Notes: generated by a model from the sequence alone, not told the origin. Counted from the first letter of the whole stretch, positions 21,911 to 35,790 are shown. The stretch: 57,163 nt of DNA, filler included, from Sphacelaria rigidula (GCA_964200075.2; 8 parts of 8 records of this genome joined end to end with filler, not necessarily neighbours in it), one strand, 5' to 3'. A program made the numbers and translations.

Positions 21911-24900
21911 CTTCCACTGGTCGGCCTGTAGGTCGGGATCTTCCAGTACCCTGTCGAACATGGCCATGTCACCCTCTACCGTGGCACCCGGTAGATTGGG
22001 CATGATATGAATATCCACCTGTCGCCGCAATCGGCAGCATGGCAGCATGGCAGCACGGCAGCACGGCACAGATCGCGAATGTACTCAGTTTTCATGCAAT
22101 CCTGGTCATGAATATAAGCCATGGTGATATAAGCCGTTGTACACTACATCTGTGATTAGAATGATGTGGGATGGTAAAAGGGTCACAACGGCAAGAGTTG
22201 GGGATAACGCCTTGTGAACAAAAAGGCTCGCCCTGTTCAACTACTTCCGGGGGTCAGCCGCTTCCAGTCCCGCAACATCGCAAGGTTGTACCACCATGTG
22301 TTCAAGTTGTCGGCCACGGAACATGGTAGACGGACATAAAGTTGTAGACGTTGAAATGTTTCGGCGAGCAAGTTTCTTTTCTGCTACGAGTCCCACTCTT
22401 GGTTCGTTTCTTATGGCAAAAAAACAGAAAGCTGAAAAGCTGTCTCTTTGGAGCTTTTACGTCGTTTGATGCACTAGAAGAGAGCTAGATGGATTTTGAC
22501 ACCTTGGCTGCGCTCGACGAGACGATACCAGCACACCTGTGCGGTGTCCCGGTGGCCGCAGTTTTCTCTTGCCAAAACTTGGATTTACCTCGGAGACCGC
22601 TCGTTTTTCTTTAAGACCGGTCAACGCCAGAAAAATTGTGTCGACTCGACCGGTCTCCGACAAAAACGAGCAGTCTCCAAGATAAATCCATGTTTGGGCA
22701 GGGAAAAAAACTGCGACCACCAGGAAACGCACTGGTGTGCTGGTGCCGTCTCGTCGAGCGCAGCAAGGCATTCCACGGTATCAAAATCCGCCCAGCCTTT
22801 TTTCAGGACAGAAAACGACACACAAGCTCCAAAAAACATTTCTCTATATTGTCATCTTTGTTTTCCATCAGAAATGGCCCAAGACCAAAAACGAGACGCA
22901 AGGGTTCGCCGCACGGCAACGTAAAATAATGGAAGGTTTTCATTTTCCCGATAAAAAGAAGGGCAAACCCGCTTCTCTTTGGCAGGATTCTTGCAGGAAA
23001 GTGGCTCCTGACCGTGTATTTCGATTTAGGCCAACAGTTGTCCCTGTGAAGCTGTTACGAGCACCCCCCTGACCTTGAAGCAGTTGTCCTTGAGCAATTT
23101 CAACGCGTTGATCGTCTCCTCCACTCCGTGCCCACGGCTGATCTTCTCCAAGATGGCGTTATCGGTGTGCTGAATGCCGATCTGCTCACAGCGTAGGTCC
23201 ACGACACGACACAAGCCGGCACGGGTGCGTGGCGATAGACCGTCTGTCGGGAAAGAAACAACATGTCGATACACGCTCGACAACTGCACAGCGCAGCAAC
23301 AGCAAAGTGGTCTACTGTACGTGAGCAATGCGGCAGGCGCATACCGATGCCCCTTCGAAACGGGACTGTAGTGGCCACGTCCGTCTCTACTATGCGACAC
23401 GAAGGTGGCGGCGCCACGCTCGTATGACAACTGTCGACGTGAAGTCGTGATGACTGCACGTGACGCACGAGAGAAGTTTAGCACCGTCAATCGCACCTGC
23501 AGCCGCGTGCACCCGTAGCTCCTTAGTCGCGCAATCTCCTCCAGGTCAATGACATCAGGGCGTGTCTCAAGAGTCAGCCCAATCACCCGCGTTGCCGCTG
23601 ACTGCGACCAAAACGATCCCAAAAAGTACGGTCGCAGAAATGCAGGGGATTTCATCACGAAACGAACATCAAAGTCGGCGTGGTTCTGCTTGCATCAAGA
23701 ATGCTGTTGACCATAATAGTGTGATCCGACCCAGCAACATCAACAAAAGCAACAACAGCAACAACGTTTGAGAGCGATGACGTCTTTCAGCGCTTTTGAC
23801 GATTTCAATACCCAGGCTGGCTGTATACATGTCCGTAAGGGCAACGTAGCACGCCCTCATGTTCGCAGCTTAGATTGGATCATACCTCGTTAATCTTGAT
23901 CTCTTCCTCCAGCGTCAGCCTCTCCGGACGATCGTTGTAGGTGGTGTTCGCAGCATAAAACAGGTCTCGCACGAACTCGCGCTGGTAGCCTTCCGGGTAC
24001 TCTGACCACGTCCCTCCCAAGACTAGGATCTCGATCTTGTCCAGTGGGTGACCGTTCGCTACGTAGGAAGAAATGCGATCTCGGAACTGAAGGACCGCGT
24101 CGAAGCCTGCCGGGTTAATCCCGCCAAATTAGGCCAACACGATCGATTGGGTGAACTCAGTCGTCAGTTTTGCCCACGCGGTGAATTCTAGCCAATGCGA
24201 TCCACTCAGCCTAGTATTGAACGCGATGAGGTCATGTCAGTGACGGTCGTTTTCTGCATCGTGAAGCCCTCCAACATAAAATAGCTACTCGCCGCTGTGA
24301 GCTCAGCACGTTCAACCCTTTGATTCATCTAGATATGGGGAGTCATATGTCGGAATGCCAACCAACGCTGCCTTGCATAACCTGTTCGTGACGATGAAGG
24401 ATGCCCGAGCTAGTACAAAATCAACCCCCAGAAAAACAGCCGCTTCTGTCACATGTCCAAGATAAACACAACACCGACTTCTCACAACACACCACTTGAC
24501 TCTGATTCCACCTACCGCAGCGATTCGCCCTGCGTACGCCCGGCTCATCGTGCAGATAGCTCCTCGGCTGCGGCACGAAGTTGTTGCCCTCGTGGGCGGG
24601 CTCATTGGGACAATAGTAGCAGTTGTGTTTGCACGAGAACCGCTGGACTTTGCGCTTCCCGGGCTTGCCACCTTTCCCAGGAGCATCGTACGTCGGGTAC
24701 GGCGAGGTGAGCACGGTCACGATCAGAACGCCACTCAGGCTACGGACCTGCTTGCTGACGAGGGCCCTTTCCAGCGCTGGGTTACGAACCTGCTTTGATG
24801 AAGCATGACGCGGTGTACGTTGGAGGATGCCACGGATGGGCACGATCTGCCGTACGCAGCATGATACGGGAATTGCGAAATCTTACATGCGACACGAGCT

Positions 24901-25301
24901 CGGATGCCGACCGCCACTGCCGCGGGTATGCCGTCACGTCTCCACCGTGGCTAAACGCACCCATTTGATATCGCAGCATGTTCAAAAAAAAAAAAACGTA
25001 ACTCGCCCATTGGGGGCAAAAAAAGAGAGTGAGAGGGGTCCTCGGTACGAGCAACTGCTGATGGGTTGCCTCTCGGCAGCCATCATTACCCGATATACAG
25101 TCTGCCTACGATAGCTGTAAACATACGTTGCGCGTTCGTACTGTTCTTCACCTCTTGCGCTTTGTACATGTGGTACAGCACATTCTTCTTGGGGACGAAC
25201 TTGGCTCGTCGGCGGAAGGTGACGATGTGCTTGTCAACTTCCTTCCACGACTTCAAAGGTAGAATCTCCTCCAGCAGCTCTTTCAGCTCGGGCATGCGAG
25301 C
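21911..25301 (-). CDS. ELP3: ELP3-like radical SAM (tRNA U34 carboxymethyltransferase-type) gene, partial; exons 25301-25152, 24789-24516, 24106-23886, 23601-23497, 23181-23074, 22018-21911
   Basis: Six exons with GT-AG boundaries in a continuous frame encode RSLSGVLIVTVLTSPYP, FSCKHNCYYCPNEP, QPRSYLHDEPG, GHPLDKIEILVLGGTW, IGLTLETRPD, GCTRLQIGIQH, RGH, HIMPNLPG and DQWK, all Elp3-family motifs; the 5' exon and KAT domain were not found in the contig. Confidence 0.92.
22447..22835. mobile_element. Foldback/MITE (long hairpin) in an ELP3 intron
   Basis: Imperfect inverted arms of about 150-180 bp around ~22635; shares gagagctag..tgacaccttgg and ccggtggccgca motifs with 40882-41363. Confidence 0.75.
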
Positions 25302-25779
25302 CTTCAAGACACGGAAACGAACACGTCATATCACGTCAGAGTTGATCCTCACAACTCTGACAAGACACTCAGTACTTACGCGGTATAGATATGGTGCATG
25401 GATTTTTATCTCGACGTTAACCCTTCCTACAAGAAACCGAGATGGAAATATAGGGAAGGTTTTGAGCCGAAAAAGCACACGCTGTCAACATGTATGTATA
25501 TCCTCGTGTGGGAAGTACCCACTCTAGTGGCGAACTGCATGGGCTGCGCCCGACTACAAGGAAGAAAAGATAAACCTCAGCAAAGGCACCAAGAGAAGAA
25601 TCAAAGAGGAAATATGATGCATGAGAAAGTAGATGATGCTACAGCGAACTAACAACAAGGAAAACATATCAAGGACAACAAAAGTAACGGTCTGGAAGTA
25701 GAGTGAGTACATGCGGAATAGCACATTTCAGACACAAGGAGCCAAACATGAGGTATCAGGTGAAACCACGTAAATACTC

Positions 25780-27155
25780 TACTGATGCGAGCACCGGAAA
25801 AATCGCTACAGAATGGGGGGGCACCAACCCCGCCTCCCCTGCCACTGGTTATCGAAGCAGCGGGCCAGAAGTACGCACAAACCACGAAGTTGCGATACTT
25901 GGGTGGGCTGCGCCGTTACCGTAGATCGCGGACTCACACAAGAGATCAACAACCGGGGCACAGCCGCATGGGCGTGCATCAGGAAAGTTTCCAGGGAGCT
26001 CCTTGACCGACCGAAAGCACCGTGGGGAATCAAGGTCCGACTGCTGAAGGCGGAGGCGATGAAGACCCTACTGTACGGATGCATGACGTGGGCCCCGCGC
26101 CGCGAGCACTACCTGTTGCCGAGGACGGTACACCACCGGCTCCTCCGGCGAGTGATCGGGTACCGACACGTGCGTGGCACATACCGGTAGTTATCGTATG
26201 CCTAGGCCCTCAAGAAGACCGGATGCCAAAGTGCTGAAGCCATCGTCCGGCAACGGCGACTGCTGTTCACGGGAGCCCTGGACAGACAACCGGACGGACG
26301 ACCATCGAAGCGACTGGCATTCGGAACACTCGGGGAGGGGGGGAGGAGTCAGGACCAGGGTGCCCGGAGAAACACTAGCCGAAGTGCCTGAGGGACGATT
26401 TTCAAGCTTTCGGAGCCACGAACGGCTTCACGGACGACAACCGACAGACTCTCGGAGTTGAAATTGCCCTCTGGCCTTCAGCACGAAATAGGAAGGGGGG
26501 AACGCCGTGGCACGCGGGGGTTCTGCTGGGAGCGGAGAGGTTCGTGACCTCTTGACACAAGGAGGAGAGGAGGTCAGCCGAATACGTGCGATTAAACAGA
26601 ATCTTTGAGGAGGGCAAGGGGGAGATGGAAGAATGCGTAGCCAGTACCGAGCTGAACATGGCGGAAGTGGCAGGACTCCCCATCATCTACCCTTGTCTTC
26701 TTATTTCCCCTACAAATTGCTGACTTCCATGCACCAGTCCCCCATGGTGGTTTCTTGCTATGTGGTGTTTTTCTTGTTATGCCTAGTATGTTGTACACAT
26801 CGCTGTCCGTCTAGAGGTACAAGGGTAGAACCCTGCGATTTGTTTCACTATGGTTGGTGATCTTGGTCCCTGAGTTTGGCTCCATTTCTGTTCGACTTCG
26901 CATGTTGTGTGACCCAATGGGCCCTGCCTCCAGTAGCCCAAATGGTCGCATACGGCATCGGGACTTTGGAGGCTAGCAGTATTGTTATTTTCCTTTTTCT
27001 TAATCTTCTTCTGTCATTATTTTCCTTTTATTCGCCTTTTTTTGTATTGCGTCTGTGTTATTTTTTCTGGATCCGGTTTTGTCTTTTTTTTTTTTACCCT
27101 ATTTTGAGGTAGTAAGCCTGTGACCACGGAAGGCGTCCGCATCAGATGCTCAGTA
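25780..27155 (+). mobile_element. 5'-truncated degenerate RTE-type LINE (RT C-terminus + 3' UTR)
   Basis: KYAQTTKLRYLG, EINNR..AAW, KVRLLKAEAMKTLLYGCMTW, RQRRLLF, PSKRL; frameshifts and stops; T-rich 3' region ending near gtgaccacgg. Confidence 0.85.
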
Positions 27156-27902
27156 CAGAGTACTGCGCAGTAGTGTTGGATATCGAATCGAAAGTTTCGA
27201 TATATCGTACCGAAATATCGTCATCTTTATCGTATCCACAACTGTTCGATAAAACGATAACGTTACGATAACGTTACGATAACGATAAGTTCGATACGCT
27301 ACGATAAATGGTGTATTTTTACCCGAGTGATGAGTGATTATCCATCATATAACTGGTGAGGCGTATTTGATACAGTACGCTCTCACCCATTGTGTTTCTC
27401 GTGTTGACGTTTTCTGCTCTTAAATTCGGGCAAGCATATGCCCCGAGGAGACATGTTGGCTCCTTGGTCATGCTACTTTGGGATACAATAACATTTCTCA
27501 AACCTCTGCTCGTTAATATGTGCCAATTATGGCTCTTTTCTTTCACCCTTCGACTTCTCGTTTCATGCATTTTCATTGCGCGCTCATTTATTTTCTGATG
27601 TCTCCAGGTTGGCGTAGTGTATGTTTCAAACCGTCTACTTGAAGTTCAACGCCAGGATGATGGGCGCAAGAATCGCATACTCGTGTTGAGTTCAATGCAG
27701 AGGCGCCCGGAGTGCCTTCATGCCCTGTACTGACCCCTTGTCTTCACTTTCTGCTCAAAATGGAAGTACACGCGGTAACATGTCCTCGTTATTCCTGGTA
27801 TGACACGGAATTTCACGATTTGCGGATGGAGTTTTTCAAGGATCAGCCTCGGGAACGTTCACAAGCGAGCATCGAAACACTTCCGATGAAAAATACAACA
27901 AG

Positions 27903-28092
27903 TGCATTCTCCGGTCGTGATGTGTGGCCTTGCTCACTTGAAAAAAAGAGAAAGGTGTAACATCCCGTGTTTTCTCGAACAACTTCGACCTCCGCTACTT
28001 CCCATTTATCAGAATCCCCTCTTAGCACGGGATCTTACAAGTTGCAGATGGATATGTTTTTGAAGATGAGCGAGGCCGCACTTCACGGCCGA
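27903..28092. repeat. Inverted motif pair of a long-TIR DNA element
   Basis: cggtcgtgatgtgtggccttgctca (27912-27936) versus tgagcgaggccgcacttcacggccg (28067-28091); same motif pair at ~46729-46762 / ~48112-48146. Confidence 0.55.
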
Positions 28093-28532
28093 AGAGGACT
28101 TTTTTACTCTTTCAAAATATTTCGATTCTTAAAAAGTTCCCCAAGGGCTATCGAATTTATCCGCAATCTGGGAAATCCCGTCTTTCAATGTTCCTGATCT
28201 GTTGGAAATGGTCCGAGTATTTCTGGCGATTCTTTGGTGCACAGTTGCTCATATTTCTGTGGCCAGAATGGATAAGGAAGGCCCTGGTGATTGCTGGGTT
28301 TTGACAAACCCGGACACGTTCATCTCTCCTGGGCTAGGAGACCTTGAATAAAGTAAGCCGATTTTGATGGGAAATGAAGCCAAAAACAGTAGCTCAACTT
28401 TCTTGCCTCCGGCGGCGCCTCCCGCGGGCCCCCCTCACCAGCCGGGGGGGGGGTGTCCTCATGATTATGCATGCCGTGGTCAGGAGTCCTCCCCGCACCC
28501 CATCGGTCGCACAGAGGGAAAACGGTTAGCAG

Positions 28533-28632
28533 NNNNNNNNNNNNNNNNNNNNNNNNNNNNNNNNNNNNNNNNNNNNTTAATTAATTAANNNNNNNNNNNN
28601 NNNNNNNNNNNNNNNNNNNNNNNNNNNNNNNN
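28533..28632. other. Artificial contig linker
   Basis: Same cassette. Confidence 0.98.
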
Positions 28633-29074
28633 GAGCCTCGTGACGGTGTCCCCTATATCTGTCGTAGAAAAGCTCAGATCGACCTCAAACCCGGCAGTTC
28701 CGTAGGTATTGATGCTCAAGATGGAAAAATTATATTCTTGACAATTTATCATATTTTCTCCGTTCTCTACCGGCTTCCGGCGGTCCCAGCATGAAGGCCC
28801 CCGGAAGGCGGTACAGAATGCCCTAAACGAAAAATAATGATATAATGCGTCCCGGGAGAGTTGAAGGAACACATGTACAAAGTTTGGCGGAGAAACTCGA
28901 AAATATCATACAGTTTTTCTTGCCTTGACGTCGCATTCATCCCAAAAGACGTTTCTATACTCAAACCACGTAGTTAGGAGTAGCACGTTTCAAGCCCACG
29001 TCCTCCCCAAACGCGCAAACTTCCACGCTGTCATTAGGAGTTAGATCCTGAAAATCCGCATCAAAATGCTGTGT

Positions 29075-29619
29075 ATCATTACGCAGCTTTCTACGAACAA
29101 TGTTTTCGGTACTTATTGAGTTTTTCACCGTTTTTCGGGGGTCCGACGGGATCGAAGTCGTTGTTCGGAGTAGTCCCCATCCTGGGACCCCAGAAAAGCG
29201 GCACTACGATTTTTTTTTCCATTTTCTCGCAGACTATCTGCCTCCGCATAACCCAAGGATCGGCTCCACAATTTTTTGTCGCAAAACTCGATCAACTGAT
29301 GCTTGAATTTCCACGTTCACGTCACACAAGGCCCAAAAACGCCGTTTTGGTACTAGAATCAAGTTTACGGTTTCACCGCGGAACGGCAAACTTCATCGCT
29401 CAAAGGCAAAAAATCTCACGCCGTTTCAAGGAGTTAGACCCTGATATTTTGCACAACTATGCTTCGGGACATTGCGCAACTTTGGAGGAACGTTTTTTTT
29501 TTGTTACCGTTTTACGGGTGTCCGATTGGGTCGAAGTTTCTCTCCAAAAACTGGGACCCCCGAAAAACGGTGAAAAAAGTAGAAAAAAAAACTCTGTCAC
29601 TCCAAAGTTGCGGAATGAT
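29075..29619. mobile_element. Inverted-repeat-bounded element (MITE-like)
   Basis: Perfect 24-bp IR at 29121-29144 / 29554-29577 and outer 14/16 IR at 29075-29090 / 29604-29619. Confidence 0.6.
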
Positions 29620-30412
29620 CCATAGAACATTAAAAAGGCATGAGGTTTTGCCGATTGAGTGTTTTTTGGGTGATGAGCGTGAACCAGCCTGTAGTACCAT
29701 GAGATTGAATTTGACTGGAGTCATTGCCACAAGTGTTATGGCATTACGATTTTCCGGGTGCTTGCTGGAGACGCTCAGCCGGCGACGTACCAAGCGTTCA
29801 TGGAGATATGGACCATGGGTTTGCTCCGAGCTAAAGTGCCGACAACATTCATTTTCTAGCGGCCGGTCTTCAGTCTTTAGTGACCGAACCCTGAAGTGGG
29901 GACCAGACAAGAGCTTCATGCAACATCCGAGACACCGTCCATCTCTCCGTCGTATTCCTCGGCACTTGTTCGACATGAAACCCATACACGAACTTTACAT
30001 CGTACAAGAAGTGGAATTAAGTTCTCTCACGCACTGTCGTCGAACGCAACCCCGGCCACCCCAACCTTACACCGATTCCTGGCTACACGCTATTGGAAGC
30101 ACGTGCCGGGGCTCTTGCCCCCTGCATTTTCTACCCTTGGGAGCAAATCACTCGCTTCCACGCAGTACGGCTCCGCTTTAGAGCTGAAAGGGCGCAAGGT
30201 GCTTCGTTGACGTTGCTCTTTGGTGGTCTAGGTCGTCCGCAGTGGGCGTCCTTTCGCTCCCATTCGACAGCTATACGATGTCTCTCGTGAAATACATACG
30301 GTGTACAGCTTCGTAATGCCGACAGAGCCATTACCCCTCAAGGTCTGTGGTGGATAACCTCGTGGCTTTCGACACCGTGAAAGATCTCGCATCCGGTTTG
30401 CTCCTGGCTGCG

Positions 30413-33400
30413 TCAGTGCGTCACTGGCTTCAGCGGATCTGCCCGCACTCGACTCAAATCCTTGGTTGCATCCGCTTCCTCGTCAAATTCTCCGATCACA
30501 GCGCTGAGGATATTTGCCGACGAAATATGAACAGTAACGAGGGGAGTGCGGCACGTCTTTCGAGTGAATGAAGGCAAAACGCGTACAACAAGAAAGGGTC
30601 GACGTCTCACGGGAAGGTATTCAAAAGTATACTCCGCACGTGTTTACGCGTGCTTCATGTGAGACAGGGCACCGTCATGAATCGGGATTTTTTCCTTCTC
30701 TGGACCAACTTCCCGGCCTGGAACAAGAAATGGAAAAATTCACACCCTGAGCAACATACTGCATTGGAAAAAAGTGTACTGCGTACAGTTTTGATTACAA
30801 CAGACAAAAGAACAGTACAAAAGGACAAAACGATAGAGTACTATCGATACTGTACAGTAGACAAAATAGACTCGACACTCTACGCACGACGCTTTTTGCC
30901 AATGTTGTCTATTGTCATTGTTCAGAGTTTGGAAAATACGTGAAACGAGAGAAAGTTAACATGGTAAGATGTGAAGATGGCAGCCAGATGCATTCTTCAA
31001 ATCACTGCGACGCCGTAAGCAGCATGGACTCACATATTGTCCCCCCTGCAGATGTACAACCCCAGTTGAACCTAGGTGAAGGAACAGCGGGGGATACCGT
31101 TGCACAGCATGGGCGTGGAGGGGAACACATTGAACGGCAAATGGAGTTTAAATGTGTGGAAATGTTTGTTCCCGCAGACAACGACTTGCTTGTGAACAGT
31201 GTGTCGTCTCATTAGATTTTTCCCGCGTGGTAATAGACGAAAACCAGCACATTTTCACCAGTTTTGAAATCATACATAGTTGCGGTACACTGGAATGATG
31301 GGTCAAGGCAACCTCGAGTCACACGACATACACCGCAACACGAGGAGTTCGGCATGAATGATACCGTGCAAACTGCTCTATAGACGGGGGAAATGCCCAT
31401 AACTGTATGTCGATGACACACCCTCTTCACAATTCGAGTCATCGGAAAAATGAGCAAAAATGAGGAAGGGCCTGGCTCAAGTTGTACGATCCAACATAGG
31501 TCACAGACGACCTTGACTACGCAATATCAGGACGCAGTCAACACATCGATGTCGGCGGTTCACACATGATTTTTTTTTACTATCGTGTACCAGGACGCGA
31601 ACAAAGTATCTCATGCCCACAGCTTCTGGTCGTGGGTACGAGAAACATTATGAATACTCCCATGTACCACAGTAATAACTTATATTGATGGTCAGAGGGG
31701 TGCGAACTCTTAGATTGTACATCAAGTTCCATACGATTGAGCATAGTGATGTTGGCTGTGCTGCTGTTAGCAGCAAATGTTCATAAGTCTGTGCAGATGG
31801 TGTGGTTCGGTGGGTCCTCATGAGCTACAGTGTGTGCAACACACGGTCTCCTCACGTGCATCCCGATTGACCGGGGGACACGGGCTCCAGAGGTTGACTT
31901 TGGATCGCGCGCGTATGCATTATGCTGGTCCGGGTTTTCAAGTACCACATTTTGGCGTGGGGTGATGAAACGTGGGTCTACACGGCTGAAAAAGAGGCCA
32001 AACGTTGCCAAAATCATCATTTCCAACTCTCGCGTACTTTCCAGTGGCTTCTTCCACGTTGCCTTCTCTATCGTCTTGGCGGGAGAAGAAACACCACTAC
32101 CCCACATATTTCATATGCTATGCAGGCACGCCGTGTACAAAGCTGCGCATGGAATGAATGCGCCATGCACAACGTTTGATATTCCATTGAACAACTGCAA
32201 CTGTTAATTCCTTCGAGCGTCTTACTCATTTCTGTAGCGAGTTCACGCGAGTTGGTGTATAAATTGCATGATGAACGATATGCTTGGTTTCAGTGTGGAC
32301 TGTCGTACTCGGATCTTCAGGGGGTTTGGCCGTCCTAGGGGTTGCCAGCGTGCGCAGGACGCGTTCTTGCTCGAACAGGCACCGTTTTGGGCGTTGTCAA
32401 TGCACACCTTGCCTAGGACACGTTCTGTACCCCCGCTACCCGGGGGGTATCGGCATGCCTCGGGATGGAATCAGTGCTACGGTGAGGGCTACTGCTCGAC
32501 AAAAAAGAAGTAAATGTGAGGAACCACTCAATTTGGTGACCAACTTGTTTAAACGAACCTCGATGCAACACAAGTGAAATTGAGGACGAGACTGACTTTG
32601 GCTGGTCACCAACGAGTCGTATCGCGAGGAGTGCAGTCTGGTTTGAGTAAAACGAGTAACGCGAGGACGAGCCTGACTGGAGTTACACCAGTCACAAGGG
32701 AGAACTAATTCAATGAGTCAGAGTCCCACGAGCAAGTCTCGAACTTGTGTGACATGCACGCGGTGCCATCGTATGTTTCGTGGCGGCCATGATGTCATGT
32801 TGATTCTTATGAAGCACACTGTGACGTCGCTTCGCTATTGGACTTTGGGGGTGGGGGGGGTGGGGGGGTCGCACCGAAGCACGATGAGAATTCGCAACTC
32901 TCGTGTATCGACAAGAAAAAATCCCAAAACACTGTCCGACTGCCACGGCATGGACAACACATATCGCTACCGCCTGTTCTCTGTTTTCTTGTTGATCACC
33001 TGACAATGAAACATGCGGAAAAACGCCATGATAGCCGGAAATTACCGCTATTGGACCGTGGTGGCCCGAAAGAGAATCGACACGTGTTGTACTGCAGGTA
33101 GGCGTGAGTCGGCCGCAAGGCCATCCTTGCCTTCTCAAGACTTAAGAGCAACCGTAGGCAAACGAACAGCCAATCAATGACCCACGTGGACAGACGTGCT
33201 GCCTCAGCTTTCAACATGTCCCTTGTAACGAGCTGGACTATCTACCTTCTTTCGGTGTTGAGGAGTGATATATTAATCACCGATTGTATCTACTGTGTGA
33301 CCACAATAGTGCAGTCGTGCAGTACCTTCGTATTAGCTCCAGCCAATTTCTCGGAATTTACGAATTTACGACAGATTGAACCTGTTTTCGTTCAAATGAT

Positions 33401-34536
33401 GACTGCGTTGATGTTACAACACGGGCCGGAACAATGATTGCTGCGAAAGCATCAAATATTCCGAATTCAACATTGCAAGCGCTTGCTCCCCTCAACGTGT
33501 CGCCATTACAAGAGAGGCGCGCGTCTGATTTGTTTGTGGTATTGAGGCAGCTCACCTGTTCAACTCCCCGTGCCTGAGAATAGATTCTTTCTGAGCACCC
33601 CTCCAGCACGAGGTTGATGGTGTGATCATAGCCCTTCAGATTGCCCTGCAACACAACAAACGATCGTGTGAAAATATCAACTATTGTTGAATGATCCTGA
33701 CTTTAATGTATGATAAGTCGTCCACATAGAGCTCAACCGTTCGTGTTGCTGTGCACGAAGAGCTACCTACAGCACACTGTCAGTCCCGGTCAATGAGGAA
33801 GAGTACACACACTACAGACAGTACATTTCCAGCGGCCATTTTGCATGTGGGTAATGGTGACCTATGAGCGAATTTGCAGCAAATCGAGGGATCAATCCCA
33901 GTACACATATCTTGATGCACGCCTTCAACTATTGCGCACAACTATCGCAACGCTGAGTGTGGTGCATTCAAAACCTAGAATGGAGTTAAGCTCGCCCCAA
34001 GGTGGTTGTGTGAAACGCGGACCGCCGCACATCCACTGCAAGACGGATCAGAGCCGAAAAATCGCTCACCAAGATCTGCCTTCCATCTCCAGTGATTACG
34101 GACACAAGCTCTTGAGTGTATCGGCAGAAAAACCAGCGACCATAGCATCCGCGTATCAACAGACGGCAAGCACAACATAACGGCAGGGCATGGCGTTTAC
34201 GGATATAGGTGAGCGTCGTCAACGATACGTGACATCCGCTTCATGTTTCGATACAGCCCGGAGCACGAATCTGTCCGCGTTGGGCGAATTTACGGTTAGC
34301 CTCAACGTGCCTGGGATGTTCAAAAAGTACTGCCTACTCGAGTTCTCAATTGAGCAACGACATTTGTTTTTTCCAATGTACAACTACCGCGTATACCTTC
34401 GTGAAACGAGGCAAAATGCTGACATACACTCGGTAGATATAAACAGGGTGACCTGGATGGAGAGTTTGCAACAGCTGGCTAGAACATGAGCTGACAATCA
34501 CTTACTTCCCTGCAATTCGGCCAGAGAAGCCGCCAT
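30413..34536 (-). CDS. LSM8: U6 snRNA-associated Sm-like protein LSm8, complete; exons 34536-34506, 34110-34070, 33645-33556, 31071-31034, 30503-30413
   Basis: Five GT-AG exons splice to 96 aa MAASLAELQGKLVSVITGDGRQILGNLKGYDHTINLVLEGCSERIYSQARGVEQVQLGLYICRGDNIAVIGEFDEEADATKDLSRVRADPLKPVTH*; Sm1/Sm2 motifs plus the LSm8-type GVEQxxLGLYI and acidic tail. Confidence 0.95.
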
Positions 34537-35609
34537 AAGTCGGCGGTTGGTCACTCCAAAGTCCTCCTGTCACAGTGATCGGTCTCCCTTTCACAGCGTT
34601 ATCTCTGCAGCCCCCCCCCCCCCCCCGACCCTGCCAAACTTTCCGGGTTCCGTGCACACTAATGTTCCAGTCACTGCAGTGCGTTTTATATCTGAGCAAG
34701 GACAAACATTCGCGGTGAGAGGTACAGTAGTTGATGCGGTCGAAACTGCCCTGCAGACACTCTCTATTGCCATAATCCATCTCGTTTTGTCGGGGCAATT
34801 TATAGAATCAGAATTTAACCCGTACGAGCCAATTATATATATTTTTCAGTGTGGGCAGTTATAAGAAGAGATGTAGCGGGAGAGTGAGGATAAACCTTGA
34901 GGTTTCTGTTCCATGTCTTTGACTCTTTTTGTCTTCGTTCTTGCGGGCGTGGTGTCTTCTGCGGGTCTGCGATATCAGACCGCTGTGGTGGTTAAAAAGA
35001 GGGAAGGTGGAGACATGGATGGTCGACCATACTTTCTTTCAGCTGCCTGCCTAGGTACTAAGCGTTGGAAGGGCGGCTGCTTGCTGAGTGTCATGACCAA
35101 AGGATCGACCATGACGATCAGTAGGGTATTTTTATGGTTAGCATTCGCATGGTCTGTTGGACTTCAGTGGGTCGCCCTCGCCTCTGGTAAGTTTGATGAT
35201 CAAATTACTGTACTATCATGCGTTGCTATTATGTACGGTGCGGGGGTGTTTGGACGATAACTGAATGAAACGTCCGTATTATTTTCAGGTGTTCCCCCGG
35301 CACCTATCCGCAGGGGAACGCCTTTTTCGACAAGCGTTGAAACCCGTTGTATCCACGGTAGACGGGCAACTGTGATCGATAACCATTCGCTAAGGACGGC
35401 ATGTCGTGCGCCCTGGCGCCCTGACTTGTACCAATACGACCCTACGCCTGAGAAGTTGGGAACGGCCAAACCTTTGCACTGAGTGCCTTGAGCAAAAACT
35501 CAGAAATCAGTTATACTACAGCTCGGAAATGGTTTGTCAAACCATTAATGACCAGTAAAATGGTGCATGATGGTTTGATCATCGAGCGGCGCAGCCGCTA
35601 GCCAAATAG

Positions 35610-35640
<31 letters not shown>

Positions 35641-35690
35641 CGGCGGAGCCGGCGGGGGGCAAGCGGGGCGGAGCGGGCGGGGGGGGGAGG

Positions 35691-35790
35691 NNNNNNNNNN
35701 NNNNNNNNNNNNNNNNNNNNNNNNNNNNNNNNNNTTAATTAATTAANNNNNNNNNNNNNNNNNNNNNNNNNNNNNNNNNNNNNNNNNNNN
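35691..35790. other. Artificial contig linker
   Basis: Same cassette. Confidence 0.98.

Noticed and set aside
21743..22069. 108-aa ORF as an independent gene or part of the transposon relic
   Set aside because: Its core (22018-21911) is an ELP3 exon; the flanks are intron read-through
34547..35370. Head-to-head gene upstream of LSM8
   Set aside because: Splice-like sites exist (GCG|GTGAGA, TTTCAG) but the spliced frames are short and have no recognisable domain
35610..35690. G-quadruplex/regulatory poly-C and poly-G tract
   Set aside because: Homopolymer at a contig end; length unreliable and typical of repeat-associated assembly breaks
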